Positions 45,424 through 57,810 of a stretch of DNA of 64,000 nt are shown here, in pieces. The position numbers and the translations under genes were made by a program. Position 1 is the stretch's first letter, and every line of letters begins with the position of its first letter. Source of the stretch: an uncultured delta proteobacterium (GTDB taxonomy: Bacteria; Desulfobacterota; Binatia; UBA9968); NCBI GenBank assembly GCA_963745835.1, contig CAVUZH010000003.1:992001-1056000 (forward strand), in the 5' to 3' direction. Below the pieces are notes generated by a model. The model had not been told where the DNA came from. It saw only the letters and a program-made list of their open reading frames with translations, and did no database searches.

Positions 45424-47213
45424 GTCTTGAGCATATCCGAAATTTTTCAATCATCGCGCATATTGATCATGGTAAATCGACGTTGGCGGATCGCCTGCTT
45501 GAGTTCACCGGCGCGGTGAGCGCCAGGGAGAGGACCGATCAAATATTAGACAGCATGGATTTGGAGCGGGAGCGCGGGATTACGATCAAAGCCAGTCCCG
45601 TTTGCCTGCGTTACCAGGCAAAGGACGGCAAAGATTACAAGCTTAACCTCATCGATACCCCGGGCCACGTCGATTTCACTTACGAGGTGTCGCGTAGCTT
45701 GGCGGCCTGTGAGGGGGCATTACTGATCGTCGATGCCGCGCAGGGCGTTGAGGCTCAGACGGTGGCCAATGTTCACATGGCGTTGGACCACAATCTTGAA
45801 ATTCTTCCTGTCATAAACAAAATCGATCTTCCTAGCGCTGATCCCGAACGAGTGCGCAAAGAGATCGAGGACGTAATTGGCCTCGATGCTTCCAATGCGA
45901 TCCTGGCCAGCGCTAAAGAGGGGATTGGCACTGAAGAAATTCTCGAAGGCATCGTTCAGCGTTTTCCTCATCCTAAAGGAAGCGTCGATGGTCCGCTGCG
46001 GGCGTTGATTATCGACTCGTGGTTTGATCCTTATCATGGCGCAGTGGTGATGATGCGCATATTCGATGGCAAGGTCGCCAAAGGCTGTCGCATTCGCATG
46101 ATGTTTAGCGGCCGCGCTTTTGAAGTGACCCGCCTCGGTGTGTTTGCGCCGGCGCCAATCGAGGTCGACGAATTGCGCGCCGGTGAGGTCGGTTTTTTGA
46201 TGGCGGCGATCAAAGAAGTAGCCGAGACTCGAATCGGCGACACGGTCACACTCGACGATCGCCCAGCCGGGGAGCCGTTGGCCGGGTTCAAACCGATGAA
46301 GCCAATGGTCTTCAGCGGCCTCTATCCGACCGACGCCAATCAATACCAAAATTTGCGCGAAGCACTGGATAAGTTACGGTTAAACGATTCATCGTTCACC
46401 TTCGAGCCGGAAACATCTCAAGCCCTGGGTTTTGGATTCCGCTGTGGCTTTCTCGGCCTGCTCCACATGGACATCATCCGGGAGCGTCTCGAACGCGAAT
46501 TCGCTTTGAGCCTCATCACCACGGCCGCCACGGTGGTCTACCGGGTCATTAAAACGAGCGGCGAAGCCCTGCAGATCGATAACCCGGTGCGATTGCCACC
46601 GGAGGGCGACATCGAGCAGATCGAAGAGCCGATCATTCAAGCGACAATTCATTTGCCCCAGGAGTTCCTCGGAGGAGTGCTCGGGCTTTGTGAAGAAAAA
46701 CGCGGCACGCAGAAGGAGATCCGCTATCTCGGGCCCAAGCGAGTGATGATCGTTTACGAGCTGCCGTTGAATGAAATCGTCGTTGATTTTTACGATCGCT
46801 TGAAGTCGGTCAGCCGGGGCTATGCTTCCATGGAATACGAGCTAGCTGGCTATCGCGTCGCGGATCTGGTTAAACTAGACGTGCGAATTAACGGCGATGT
46901 GGTGGACGCCATGTCGATGATTGTGCATCGCGATAAGGCGTACTACCGAGGCCGCGACCTTGTGCAAAAAATGCGCGAGCTCATCCCGCGACAGATGTTC
47001 GAAGTCGTTATCCAAGCCGCCATTGGCAGCCGAATCATATCTCGAGAAGCGGTAAAAGCGTTGCGAAAGAATGTCACGGCCAAGTGCTACGGCGGTGATA
47101 TCACCCGCAAAAGAAAATTGCTGGAGCGGCAAAAAGAAGGAAAAAAGCGCATGAAACAGGTGGGCAAAGTAGAGATCCCCCAGGAAGCGTTCCTCGCTGC
47201 TCTCAAGGTTTAG
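45420..47213 (+). CDS. lepA: Translation elongation factor 4
   Basis: [37 protein letters not shown]. Confidence 0.98.
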
Positions 47214-47224
47214 ATCGGAGTTCT

Positions 47225-47875
47225 ATGTCAGCCGGAAAAGCTACCAAGGCGGAGGGTCAATCATTGGCAAAAAGCAAATCGACCTTCCGCGAATACGCCG
47301 AAGCGATCGGGATGGCGCTCCTCTTGGCGCTTTTCATCCGGACCTTCATTGTTCAAGCGTTCAAAATACCATCTGGGTCGATGATCCCGACTTTGCAGAT
47401 CGGCGATCACATTCTCGTCAATAAGCTCGCGTACGGCATTCGGGTGCCGTTTGTAGAAGATTACGTGGTTGACTTCTCGAAACCAAAACGAGGCGACGTA
47501 GTCGTGTTTATCTTTCCTGAAGACCGCAGCAAGGATTTCATCAAGCGCGTGATCGGTGTGGCGGGGGATGAGGTTCAGATTCGCGGCAAAAAGGTTTTGA
47601 TCAACGGAAAAGAAATCGACGATCCCCACGCGCATTTCGAAGGCGATGACCCACAAACCGCGGGCCTTTCGAACCGCGATGATTACGGTCCGCGCACCGT
47701 GCCGGAGAATCATATTTTCGTCATGGGCGATAATCGGGATCGGAGCTACGATAGTCGATTTTGGGGTTACGTCAACTTAGACGAGGTGCGCGGCAAGGCA
47801 TTTTTGATCTACTGGTCCTGGGATGGCGCCGATCGTTGGGTGCGCTGGGAGCGTCTCGGCAGCCTGATCCGTTAG
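47225..47875 (+). CDS. lepB: Signal peptidase I
   Basis: PSGSM, FIKRV, GDNRDRSYDSR. Confidence 0.96.
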   Translation: MSAGKATKAEGQSLAKSKSTFREYAEAIGMALLLALFIRTFIVQAFKIPSGSMIPTLQIGDHILVNKLAYGIRVPFVEDYVVDFSKPKRGDVVVFIFPEDRSKDFIKRVIGVAGDEVQIRGKKVLINGKEIDDPHAHFEGDDPQTAGLSNRDDYGPRTVPENHIFVMGDNRDRSYDSRFWGYVNLDEVRGKAFLIYWSWDGADRWVRWERLGSLIR

Positions 47876-47927
47876 GCCGAACCCGATTCAAAGAAAACTA
47901 TGCGGTTATTCCGAATCGATTCGAATC

Positions 47928-48218
47928 ATGAAAAAAGGGAAAATAGTCTTAACCGGACTAGCGGTGTTGGTGTTGTTATTGGTGATCGTCAATATTTTAT
48001 TGATGGCCGGTAACCAGTCACTGCAGCTCAGCGTCAACGAGCGGCAACAGTACATCGCTGAAACTATCCAACTGGAAGCGCTGAACCGGCAGGTGATAGG
48101 GGTGCTGGCGGAAATGGCGCTGAAAACCAACGATGGACAACTGAAGGAGCTTCTCGCCGGAGTTGGCATCAACCTGTCTCCGGCGCCGGCGCAACCTCCC
48201 GGCGCTAAGTCAAAGTAA
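47928..48218 (+). CDS. Hypothetical single-TM coiled-coil protein
   Basis: Basic N-terminus, TM, helical region, Pro-rich tail. Confidence 0.7.
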   Translation: MKKGKIVLTGLAVLVLLLVIVNILLMAGNQSLQLSVNERQQYIAETIQLEALNRQVIGVLAEMALKTNDGQLKELLAGVGINLSPAPAQPPGAKSK

Positions 48219-48224
48219 GGTATT

Positions 48225-48572
48225 TTGATCATGGATGAAGCGCCGAACGAAATCGAAGAACGTGAGCCCGTCGCGCTGCCGGTGGAACGAGGCGCCAATC
48301 TGCCGCTGACGATCTTGCTGATCGCCTTGGTGCTTTGGTTTGGTTTCCAAACACTACAGCTCGCCACCGAGCGCGCAAACCTCGGCGAGGCGCGGGGTCA
48401 CCAGGAAGCGGCCATGCAGGAAGCGCAAAAACTTCGCACGCAATTCGAGTCTTTGATCAGCAAAACCAGTGAATTGGCCAACAAAGGCCATGCCGGCGCT
48501 AAGCTCGTGATGGAGGAGCTGCAGAAGCGTGGAATGGCGGCTCAGCCGCAAGCCCTCATTCCCCAGAAGTAA
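48225..48572 (+). CDS. Hypothetical single-TM coiled-coil protein
   Basis: Acidic N-terminus, TM, Gln/Glu-rich helix. Confidence 0.7.
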   Translation: MIMDEAPNEIEEREPVALPVERGANLPLTILLIALVLWFGFQTLQLATERANLGEARGHQEAAMQEAQKLRTQFESLISKTSELANKGHAGAKLVMEELQKRGMAAQPQALIPQK

Positions 48573-48654
48573 TCTTATAAGCACCATTCAGTTGAACCTG
48601 CCATAGTTTCCTCTTAAGCTTGTTTCTTCTGGCTCGACGCCTACAGGAGAACAT

Positions 48655-51600
48655 TTGGACGCCTTTCATACACTTATACAGCGTTGGTTCCGCGAACGAT
48701 TCGAAAGTCCGACGCCGCCCCAACAGGAGGGTTGGTTATCGATCGTGCGAGGCGAGCCGACACTTATCGCGGCGCCCACCGGATCGGGTAAAACGCTGGC
48801 TGCTTTCTTATGGTCTATCGATCGGCTGTTCAAGCGGGCAGTATCAGGGGAGTTGCGCGATCAGACCACCGTGGTTTACGTGTCACCGCTGAAGGCTCTC
48901 GGCAACGACATCGCTAAAAACCTGCAACTAGCCGCTCGATCAAATCTTTCATCTTGCTTACAGCGAAGGAATCATGTTGCCGGAGATTCGCACAGCGGTG
49001 CGCTCGGGAGACACGCCGGCCCATGAACGTCAATTGATGGTGCGCCGGCCGCCGCACATTCTCATCACGACGCCGGAATCACTGTACATCCTGCTGACAT
49101 CACCGCGCAGTCGCGAATTTCTAAGAAATGCCGAGACCGTTATCATCGACGAAATTCATGCCATTGCAGCGGACAAGCGCGGAGCCCATCTGGCGCTTTC
49201 GCTTGAGCGACTCAATCAATTGGCAGAACGGCCTTTGCAACGGATCGGCTTGAGCGCGACGCAAAAACCCATCGAGGAAATAGCACGGCTGCTGGTCGGC
49301 TCCCGGGGAGTGCAAGAGGACGGCAGCCCCGACTGCGTGATTGTCGATGCCGGTCATAAACGCGATCTAGAGCTTCGCATCGAGGTTCCCGATGAGGAGT
49401 TGGGGCCGATCATCCGCCAGGATATCTGGTCGGCGGTCTACGATAAAATCGTTGAACAAATCAAAAACCATCGGACGACATTGGTGTTCGTAAACACGCG
49501 GCGTCTGGTGGAGCGAGTGGCGCACCAACTGACCGAGCGCTTGGGCGCGGGCAAGGTGGGCGCCCACCACGGCAGCTTGTCGAGAAAAACTCGTTTAGAG
49601 GTCGAACAAAAATTGAAAACGGGTCAATACCCGGTCGTGGTCGCCACCGCATCTTTGGAGCTGGGTATCGATATCGGCCATGTCGATCTCGTCTGTCATA
49701 TCGGCGCGCCGCGCACATTGGCCGTTTTGCTCCAACGCGTCGGCCGTTCTGGGCACTGGTTGGGAGCAATTCCCAAAGGTATTTTTTATCCGTTAACCCG
49801 GGACGATCTGATGCAGTGCGCCGCAGCGATTCGCAGCGTGCGCCAAGGCGAGTTGGACAAAATTGCGGTGATCGAAAAACCGCTCGATATCCTGGCGCAG
49901 CAAATGGTAGCCACGGTCGCCAGCATGACGCCGGCGGTCAAAGCGGACGTTCCCTCGAGCAAATCTCAAAGCGACGGCGGCATCAGTGAGGAAACCTTAT
50001 GGCGCATGGTTCGCGGCGCTTATCCGTATCGGAACCTGTCGCGGATCGAATACGAACAGGTGCTGCAGATGCTCAGCGAGGGAGTCGAAACCCGAAGGAG
50101 CCGGCGCGGCGCCTACATTCATCGGGATCGGGTCCATGGCATGTTGCGCGCGCGGCGCGGCGCCCGATTAACTGCGATCACTAACGGCGGAGCAATTCCC
50201 GATACTGCCGATTACGACGTGGTTGAGTTTCCCAGTGAAACGACCGTCGGCAAAGTCAATGAGGATTTTGCCATCGAGAGTCTCACCGGAGATATTTTCT
50301 TACTGGGTAATCGGTCCTGGCGTATCCGTCGGGTCGGCTCAGGCAAGGTTTGGGTTGAAGATGCGCAAGGGCTGCCGCCGAGTATCCCGTTCTGGCTCGG
50401 CGAATCGCCAGGGCGCACCATTGAATTATCCAAAGCGGTATCGGATTTGCGCCGCGACGTTGCCGATCGGATTTCAGATCGAAGGAAAGCCCAAGACTGG
50501 CTGGTCGGCGAAATCAAGATTCCGGAAGCGGCCGCAGAACAGATCGTAACTTATGTGGCCGAAACGCAGAGCGTGCTTGGAACAGTGCCTGGGCAGGAAT
50601 CTATTGTTGCCGAGCGGTTTTTTGACGAAGGCGGCGGCATGCAACTGGTGATTCACTCGCCCTGGGGCGCGCGTATCAACCGCGCTTGGGGCCTGGCGCT
50701 GAGAAAGCGCTTCTGTGTCAGTTTCGACCGGGAGTTGCAAGCGGCCGCCACCGATGACGGCATCGTCATCTCTCTGGTCGAGCAACACTCTTTTCCCTTG
50801 AGCGACGTATTTCAGATGCTGCGGCCGGCGATGATTGAGCCGAGCCTGATCCAGGCGGCATTGGCATCGCCGATGTTTACCAATCGCTGGCGCTGGAACT
50901 CTACCCGAGCCCTGGCTGTGATGCGTCACAGCGGCGGCAGAAAGGTGCCGGTAGCGCTACAGCGGATGCGCGCCGAGGATTTGCTGGCGGCGGTTTTTCC
51001 CGAGCAGATGGTTTGCGGGGACAACCGCACCGGTCCCGTCGAGTTGCCGGACCATCCGTTGGTCAACGAAACAATCGGCGATTGCCTGCACGAGGCTATG
51101 GATCTCGACGGTATCAAGAAAATCATCGCGGCCATCGAGAGTGGTGCAATCAATACCCTGGCGGTCGATACGCCTGCGCCTTCGCCCATGGCGCATGAAA
51201 TCCTCAATGCCAATCCCTACGCTTTCCTGGACGATGCACCTTTGGAAGAACGGCGCGCACGGGCGGTTTCTCTAAGACGGACAGATCTACGGTTGGAACG
51301 TGAATTCGGTCAGCTTGACCAAGCGGCAATCGATGAGATCCGCCGTCAGGCATGGCCCGAAATCCGCAATGGCGACGAGCTCCATGACTTTTTGCTTGGG
51401 GTTGGAATCTTATCGGTGGGGGAGCGCCCCGAGTGGCGGCGCATCGCTCAAGAATTGATAGACAACCGCCGCGTCACAGAAGCGACTTGGCTGCCTTGTG
51501 GCTCTCAAACCGCAATGCACCGCCTATGTCGCGACGGAAAGGATTGAGTTGGTTCGCACCTGCATGCCGGATGTAACCTTCGCTCCAGCTGTAGAGTTGC

Positions 51601-53028
51601 CGTTGGGTTTCGAAGCGCAACCGGTATCGGAAGAAGAAGCCTTCAGAAGAATAGTTCAGGGCTGGATGGAAGCGATCGGACCGACAACCGTCACCGATTT
51701 GTCGAACCGGCTGGGTATTGAAGCGCCCAGAATAGAGTCGGCATTGTTGTCCCTTGAAGGAGCCGGGATGGTTTTGCGCGGCCGGTTCACTCCATCGACC
51801 GGTTCGGCCGGAGAAATTGAATGGTGCGATCGCGTGCTCCTGGCGCGCATCCATCGTCTCACTCTCGGGCGCATGCGCAGAGAAATCGAGCCGGTTTCGC
51901 CGGTGGAATTTATGAGCTTTTTGTTGTCTTGGCAGCACGTCGGAGTTAATCGCCAACTCGAGGGACGTGACGGAGTCCTGCGTGTGATTCAACAGCTGCA
52001 GGGACTTGGAACTGCCGGCGCCCGCCTGGGAACAATCGGTTCTGCCGGCGCGTGTGCGGAATTATTCTCCGGCGGATCTGGAACATCTCTGCCTCGCCGG
52101 TGTTGTGGCTTGGGGCAGATTGCGGGCCGAGCAAAGTTCCGATGATAATCTTCAGGGGAAACTTTCCGCGAGGCGGCGACGCAAGCGCTTGGCAGCTCCG
52201 GCGCGAAACGCCCCGATCGCTTTCCTAGTACGGGAAGACTTGGATTATTTTCTGGGCGATCGGTCGCCGCGTTGGGCCGACGTACCCACGCTTTCGAGCG
52301 GCGCGCGCGACGTGGCGCGTTATCTAGAACAGCGCGGCGCGTCTTTTGTCAGCGACATCGCCCGTGGCGCCGGGCTGCTGAAAATCAAAGTCGAGGAAGC
52401 GCTCTGGGAACTGGTGGCCCATGGTCTGGCTACAGGCGACGGCATTGCCGGTCTGCGAGTGCTGTTGCTGCCTGAGCATAAGCGCCAGGGAAAGCGCCAC
52501 AATCTTAGGGTGATTAGCGGCGGAAGAAGCACGGCACGGATGATGCCCGTGGGCAGGTGGTCGCTGTGGAGTAATCAGAACGGCGACGCTGAGGTGAACA
52601 GCGAACAAATCGTCGAACGTCAGGCGCGGCAACTACTCGAAAGATACGGAGTGGTTTTTCGTGATCTTCTCGCCCGCGAGGCAAATCTGCCGCCATGGCG
52701 AACTTTGCTCACCACGTATCGCCGCCTGGAAGCACGCGGCGAGATTCGCGGCGGCCGCTTTGTTAACGGTTTCGTCGGCGAACAGTTTGCCTTGCCTGTT
52801 GCAATTGAGAAACTTCGAGCCGAACGCCGCGCCGATGACAAACAGCAACCGTTTATCGTATCAGCCGCTGACCCCCTGAACCTGGTGGGAATACTTACGC
52901 CCGGTACACGGGTTTCTCCCTATTCGAGTCAGGTGATCGCCTACCACAAAGGTCTGCCGATTCAGGTCGGGCCTCTCGGTAGCGTCCTCAGTAGTTTGCA
53001 ACTACATCACGCAGGCGAGAAGCCGTGA
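48655..53028 (+). CDS. lhr: Lhr-family SF2 helicase with a C-terminal winged-helix/AlkZ-like region (three frameshifts)
   Basis: APTGSGKT, DEIH, SAT, HHGSLS, LELGIDIG, QRVGRSGH, GEIRGGRFV..GEQFA across ORFs starting 48655, 48974, 51498 and 52006. Confidence 0.9.
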
Positions 53029-53176
53029 ACCTGTAGAAGGTTCGGCGGCTAACTGTTCTTACAAAAACTCCATACGCGGTTATTTTTGATAGGAGCGGTA
53101 GTCCGCCCTATTCGGCAGACTCTAACGTCCCCGACTATCGACGCCGTTCAGGATCTGCTCTGTGCTTGCGCTTAGT

Positions 53177-53207
53177 GTTGACTTCAATGTAGCGGTCAAC
53201 TTATTCT
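53177..53207 (+). promoter_or_regulatory. Putative promoter with a palindromic operator
   Basis: GTTGAC-N12-GTCAAC overlapping TTGACT-N18-TATTCT. Confidence 0.4.
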
Positions 53208-53316
53208 TCACGGGGATAGGGACCAAACTAAATAGCGCAGCAAGAATCGAACGTAATCAAATCGTCACCTAACCGTTGATCTTTCAATTGATAGCAAGCA
53301 AGGAAAATCGCTGAGG

Positions 53317-55555
53317 TTGCTTATGACCGATCTATGGAGTGTGGGCATCCCTAGCCCGCGGGTTGAAAGCGAACAAAAAGTCGCCGGCAAGGCGGTTTAC
53401 GCCGGCGATATAGTTCTCCCCGGTATGCTATGGGTGAAAGTATTAAGAAGCCCGGTTGCTCACGCGCGCATCAAAAACATTGATACGTCGCGAGCCCTCG
53501 CTGTACCGGGGGTTAAAACTATAGTCACGGGATATGATTTTGGCGGCGCGAGGATCGGTAAAAAGATTATTGATATGCCGATCCTTGCGGATGGTGTCGT
53601 ACGTTACGTGGGTGAAAAAGTTGTTGCCGTGGCGGCTGAATCTGAATTAGAGGCGGAAGCGGCGCTCGATTTGATCGATATCGAATATGAGGAGTTGCCG
53701 GTGGTCCTCGATCCGCTTGAAGCCTTGGAACCTTCAGCACCCCTGCTTCATCCGGATTTAATAGGGTATAAGGGCCTGCTGCACACGATCGAGTCGCCGA
53801 GCAACCTTTTCGTGCATCTCACTTGGAGGAAGGGGGAAGTGGAGGAAGGTTTCCGCCAGTCCGACATCACCATAGAGAACACTTACTCGGTTCCGGCGGT
53901 ACATCAGGCCTACATCGAGCCCCATTGTTGTTTGGCAAGGGTGAATACCGACGGCAGCGCAGAAATTTGGGCTTCGACCAAGAGCCCTTTCAATTTGCGC
54001 GAGCAAGTCGGCAATGCGTTGCAGGTCCTTCCCGCAAGTCTGATCGTGCATCCATGCTATGTCGGCGGGGATTTCGGTGGCAAGGGAGACGCCAATGAAG
54101 TCGCGCTTTGTTATGCATTGGCAAAAAGATCTGGGCGGCCGGTCAAGCTGCTGATCGATTATAACGAGGAGTTGGTCGCCGGAAATCCTCGCCACGGCGC
54201 GGTTGATAAGGGTTAAGACAGGCGTCAAGAAGAACGGCATGATGATCGCTCAGCGCATAGAATTCGTCTTCGACAGCGGCGCCTACGGCTCTTATCGCCC
54301 CCAGGGTTATCTGGTTGGCGCTCACGATGCGGCAGGACCTTATCGCGTGGCCAATTGTTTTATCGAGGAAAAATACGTTTACACCAATAAGATGCCATGC
54401 GGTTACATGCGCGCTCCAGGACATCTACAAGCGTTTTTCGCCACCGAAAGCCATGCCGACTTGGTTGCCAAGCGTCTGGAAATGGATCCTGCGGAGTATC
54501 GCCGGATGAATTTCATGCGCGACGGTGATAAGTCCCCCTTGGGTGAAGTAATGCCCCACGTCAAGCCCGGCGATACCTTGATCAAAGCGGTGGAGATATC
54601 CGGTTACAGCGAATCCCAAGCCGAAAAATGTTGGCCGCGGCTGCGCGATTGCGAATTGGGTTTCCAAAGGCGGCGAGTCCTACGCTTTCGTCAAGATCGA
54701 TAAAGACGGGAGTTATAACACTTTCCTCGGCGGTGACCGATACCGGTCCTGGCGCGTTTACAATCATGCGTCAAATCGTCGGCCAGGAACTCAAAGTCTC
54801 GCCTGAGTCGATTCGAGTCGAGATGCTGGATACAACCCAAGTGATCAAAGATACCGGGGTGCGCGGCAGTAGTAGTACCCGAGTGCATGGCGGGTCAGCG
54901 TATGAGGCCGCCAATAAAGCGCGTGAACAGATTCTAAAAATTGCCGCCCAGGCGATGAATGCGATGCCGGAAGAGCTGATTCTTTACGATGGCGGGGTCA
55001 CTCATCGCCAGGCTGAACGGCGGATGAGCTTTGCCGAGATTGCCGAAGCTAATCAGAGCGCGATAGTAGGAGAGGGGCACTACGCCAACATGGCGGATGG
55101 ACCGGAGACATCGATTGTCGCTCAGGTGGCTGAGGTGGAGGTGGATACTCAAACCGGTGAAGTCCAAGATTAGAAAATTGACGACCGCTCATAATACCGG
55201 AGCCATTCTGAACCCGTTAACGCACCAGGGGCAAATCGATGGCGGCGTGATTATGGGAATGGGTTACGGCATTATGGAGGATCTCGCTGTCGATGAAAGT
55301 GGAAAAGTTCTGACCACCAATCTAGGAGAATACAAAATTCCCAATATCAAAGACGTGCCGGTACTCAAAACTGCTATCATTCAGTCGGCAACCGGCAGCG
55401 GACCGTATAACAGTATGAGCATTGGCGAGACCGCGTTGATACCCACGGCTGCCGCGATTGCCAACGCTGTGGAAGATGCGGTCGGCGTGCGGATCACGTC
55501 TCTGCCGATCACCGCCGAGAAAGTGCTTAACGCGATCAGAGGCCGCTCAGATTAG
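53317..55555 (+). CDS. Xanthine dehydrogenase-family molybdopterin-binding large subunit (about four frameshifts)
   Basis: LRSPVAHA, HQAYIEP, VGGDFGGK, MRAPG, GQIDGG..GMG, IGE..AAIANA; no Fe-S or FAD subunit adjacent. Confidence 0.88.
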
Positions 55556-55638
55556 CGGAACTCGATGAAAAACATCTAGGGCCAGCATAAGGACCGCCGG
55601 CCGCCTGTCGTTGCGCCAGCCAAGACTCAGCGATGCTG

Positions 55639-56124
55639 TCATTTGTCTTTGCGATTACCGTGTAGCGCGACAAACAAGTTGTAAAATGAGGCGATCGATC
55701 TTTCTTCCATGTTGGGATGGCCGTTTTCATTCTGGTACAAGAGAGTCACGCTAAGCGCGCTTTTGTGCAGTTCGAGCAGTTCGGCGTTCTTGGTATCCAG
55801 GTAAGATCCCACGGTTCTTAAGGTATTCGCCAAGCTATAGAAGTCAGGCAGGCGGCCACGCTTTTTTCGATTCAAACGGCCCTCGTTCTCGAGGCGCTCG
55901 ATCTCGGCCGTTCCATAGGCAAGCGATGTTTCCTTGAATGTTCCCTGCATTCGGTTCCGCCAATCGCGCAATCTCGCTACTAAGCGTGAATCCTTTTCCG
56001 GAACTCCGCGCACGACATAGCGCTCGGCATCCGCTTTGAGTTCGAAGGTTGTTATTCGCTTGTTGTCGAGGGATTGTCCAATCGCACGCAGATGTTGATC
56101 ATAACCATTTCTAGATCGCATCAA
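55639..56124 (-). CDS. Hypothetical protein with an internal duplication
   Basis: HLRAIGQSLD and TLRTVGSYLD repeats. Confidence 0.7.
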   Translation of the reverse strand: MMRSRNGYDQHLRAIGQSLDNKRITTFELKADAERYVVRGVPEKDSRLVARLRDWRNRMQGTFKETSLAYGTAEIERLENEGRLNRKKRGRLPDFYSLANTLRTVGSYLDTKNAELLELHKSALSVTLLYQNENGHPNMEERSIASFYNLFVALHGNRKDK

Positions 56125-56229
56125 ACCTCACTTTTCCAGCAGGCCGCTATTGCCGACTACACGAGCAAAGACGCTCCGCGTCATATCATCGGCAAAATCC
56201 GGAAACAAGGGCTAAGACGCCCGACTTCC

Positions 56230-56258
56230 TTGACAACAAGGAGAGCCAAACGTATGGT
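56230..56258 (+). promoter_or_regulatory. Sigma70 promoter for the UbiD operon
   Basis: TTGACA-N17-TATGGT. Confidence 0.6.
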
Positions 56259-56317
56259 TTGTAGTGCTCCCCCGATGCATCGGCACCGCTGCACTTACTA
56301 AACAATTAGGAGGATCA

Positions 56318-57796
56318 ATGGCACGTCCAGAGAGAGTTGGAACAACCCAAAGCACAGTTTCCTATCATGGTTTGCGCCATTGGCTGGACCAGGTCGAAAA
56401 AATGGGCGAGCTGCAGAAAGTCAACGGCGCACACTGGGATCGGGAGATGGGGGCAATCACTCAGATGCTCACTGAAACCGGCAAAGGCAAGGCGCCAGCG
56501 ATCCTTTTTGATGAAGTTCCCGGATACCCAAAAGGTTACCGGACGCTGTACGGGCAGTTCTCAACCATTAAGCGGGTGGCGTTGACTTTGGGCCTACCGC
56601 TCGAATACGAGCACAAGGCCGATATCGTCAAAGCCTATCATCATCGCATGGAAGATATGAAGCTGCTCAAGCCCAAGATCGTCAGGACTGGGCCCATATT
56701 TGACAATGTGCTGGAAGGCGACAAAGTGGATGTGCTTAAGTTGCCGGTGCCGATTCATCATCAACAAGATACGCACCGCTACATTGGCACCGCGGATATG
56801 TGCATCACCAAAGATCCGGACGCAGAGTGGTATAATTTTGGTGCCTATCGTTGTGAAGTTTACGATGAAAAAACTATTGGTTGTCAGATCACCGAAGGTA
56901 AACATGGGCGCATTCACCGCGACAAGTATTTCGAGCGAGGGCAGAGCGCTAAGTTTGCGATTGTGTGCGGCCAAGATCCGCTTCTTTATTTGCTATCCGC
57001 CAGTCCGTTGCCGAGTGGAGTTTCTGAATACGATTTCGCTGGCGGGATTCGCGGCGAGCCTGTCGAGGTCGTGAAAGGGCCATTCACTGGTTTTCCGATT
57101 CCTGCGGACGCAGAGATCGTCATCGAAGGCGAGGCGGTTCCGGGGCAGGTCAGACCAGAGGGACCGTTCGGTGAATGGATGGGCTATTATTCCGACGATG
57201 TCGTGCCGCGTCCCTACTTAAATGTGAAGACCGTCATGTATCGCAATGATCCGATTCTCACATGCGCGCCGCAGCACAAGCCGGTGGACGAAACTGGCTT
57301 GCTCAAAGGCATTGCCGGTGCAGCGGAGATCTGGAAAGCTCTGGAAGCTTGTGGGTTACCCGAAATTTTAGGCGTCTGGAATCACGAAGGGGCACCGGCA
57401 ACTCGCTTCACCGCCATTCAGATCCGGCAACGCTATCCGGGACATGCTCGCAACGTGCTTCACGTCGCAGCTAACTGTATGGCCGGCGCGTACAACGGCA
57501 AGTGGACGGTGGTTGTCGATGACGATGTCGATTGTTCGGACATGGATCAGGTTCTATGGGCGATGGGCACTCGGTTCGACCCACTGACCGATATCGATTT
57601 GATTCAGAAAGCCTGGTCTTCGGGGCGCGACCCGATGTTTCTGCCGGGAAATTTCAACAATCGCATCTTGATCGACGCATGCGTTCCTTACAACCGCAAG
57701 CTGAAAGGGGAATTCCCGAGGGTGGTGGAAGTTCCTAATGACGTGCGCGCGCAGCTGAAGGCGAAGTTTCCGCAGTTATTCAACTCACAAGTGTAA
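56318..57796 (+). CDS. UbiD-family prenyl-FMN-dependent (de)carboxylase
   Basis: FGAYR, AEIVIEG, EGPFGEWMGYY, VVVDDDVD, VLWAM..R; AGGAGG RBS before ATG 56318. Confidence 0.93.
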   Translation: MARPERVGTTQSTVSYHGLRHWLDQVEKMGELQKVNGAHWDREMGAITQMLTETGKGKAPAILFDEVPGYPKGYRTLYGQFSTIKRVALTLGLPLEYEHKADIVKAYHHRMEDMKLLKPKIVRTGPIFDNVLEGDKVDVLKLPVPIHHQQDTHRYIGTADMCITKDPDAEWYNFGAYRCEVYDEKTIGCQITEGKHGRIHRDKYFERGQSAKFAIVCGQDPLLYLLSASPLPSGVSEYDFAGGIRGEPVEVVKGPFTGFPIPADAEIVIEGEAVPGQVRPEGPFGEWMGYYSDDVVPRPYLNVKTVMYRNDPILTCAPQHKPVDETGLLKGIAGAAEIWKALEACGLPEILGVWNHEGAPATRFTAIQIRQRYPGHARNVLHVAANCMAGAYNGKWTVVVDDDVDCSDMDQVLWAMGTRFDPLTDIDLIQKAWSSGRDPMFLPGNFNNRILIDACVPYNRKLKGEFPRVVEVPNDVRAQLKAKFPQLFNSQV

Positions 57797-57810
57797 AAGA
57801 GGATCTGGGC

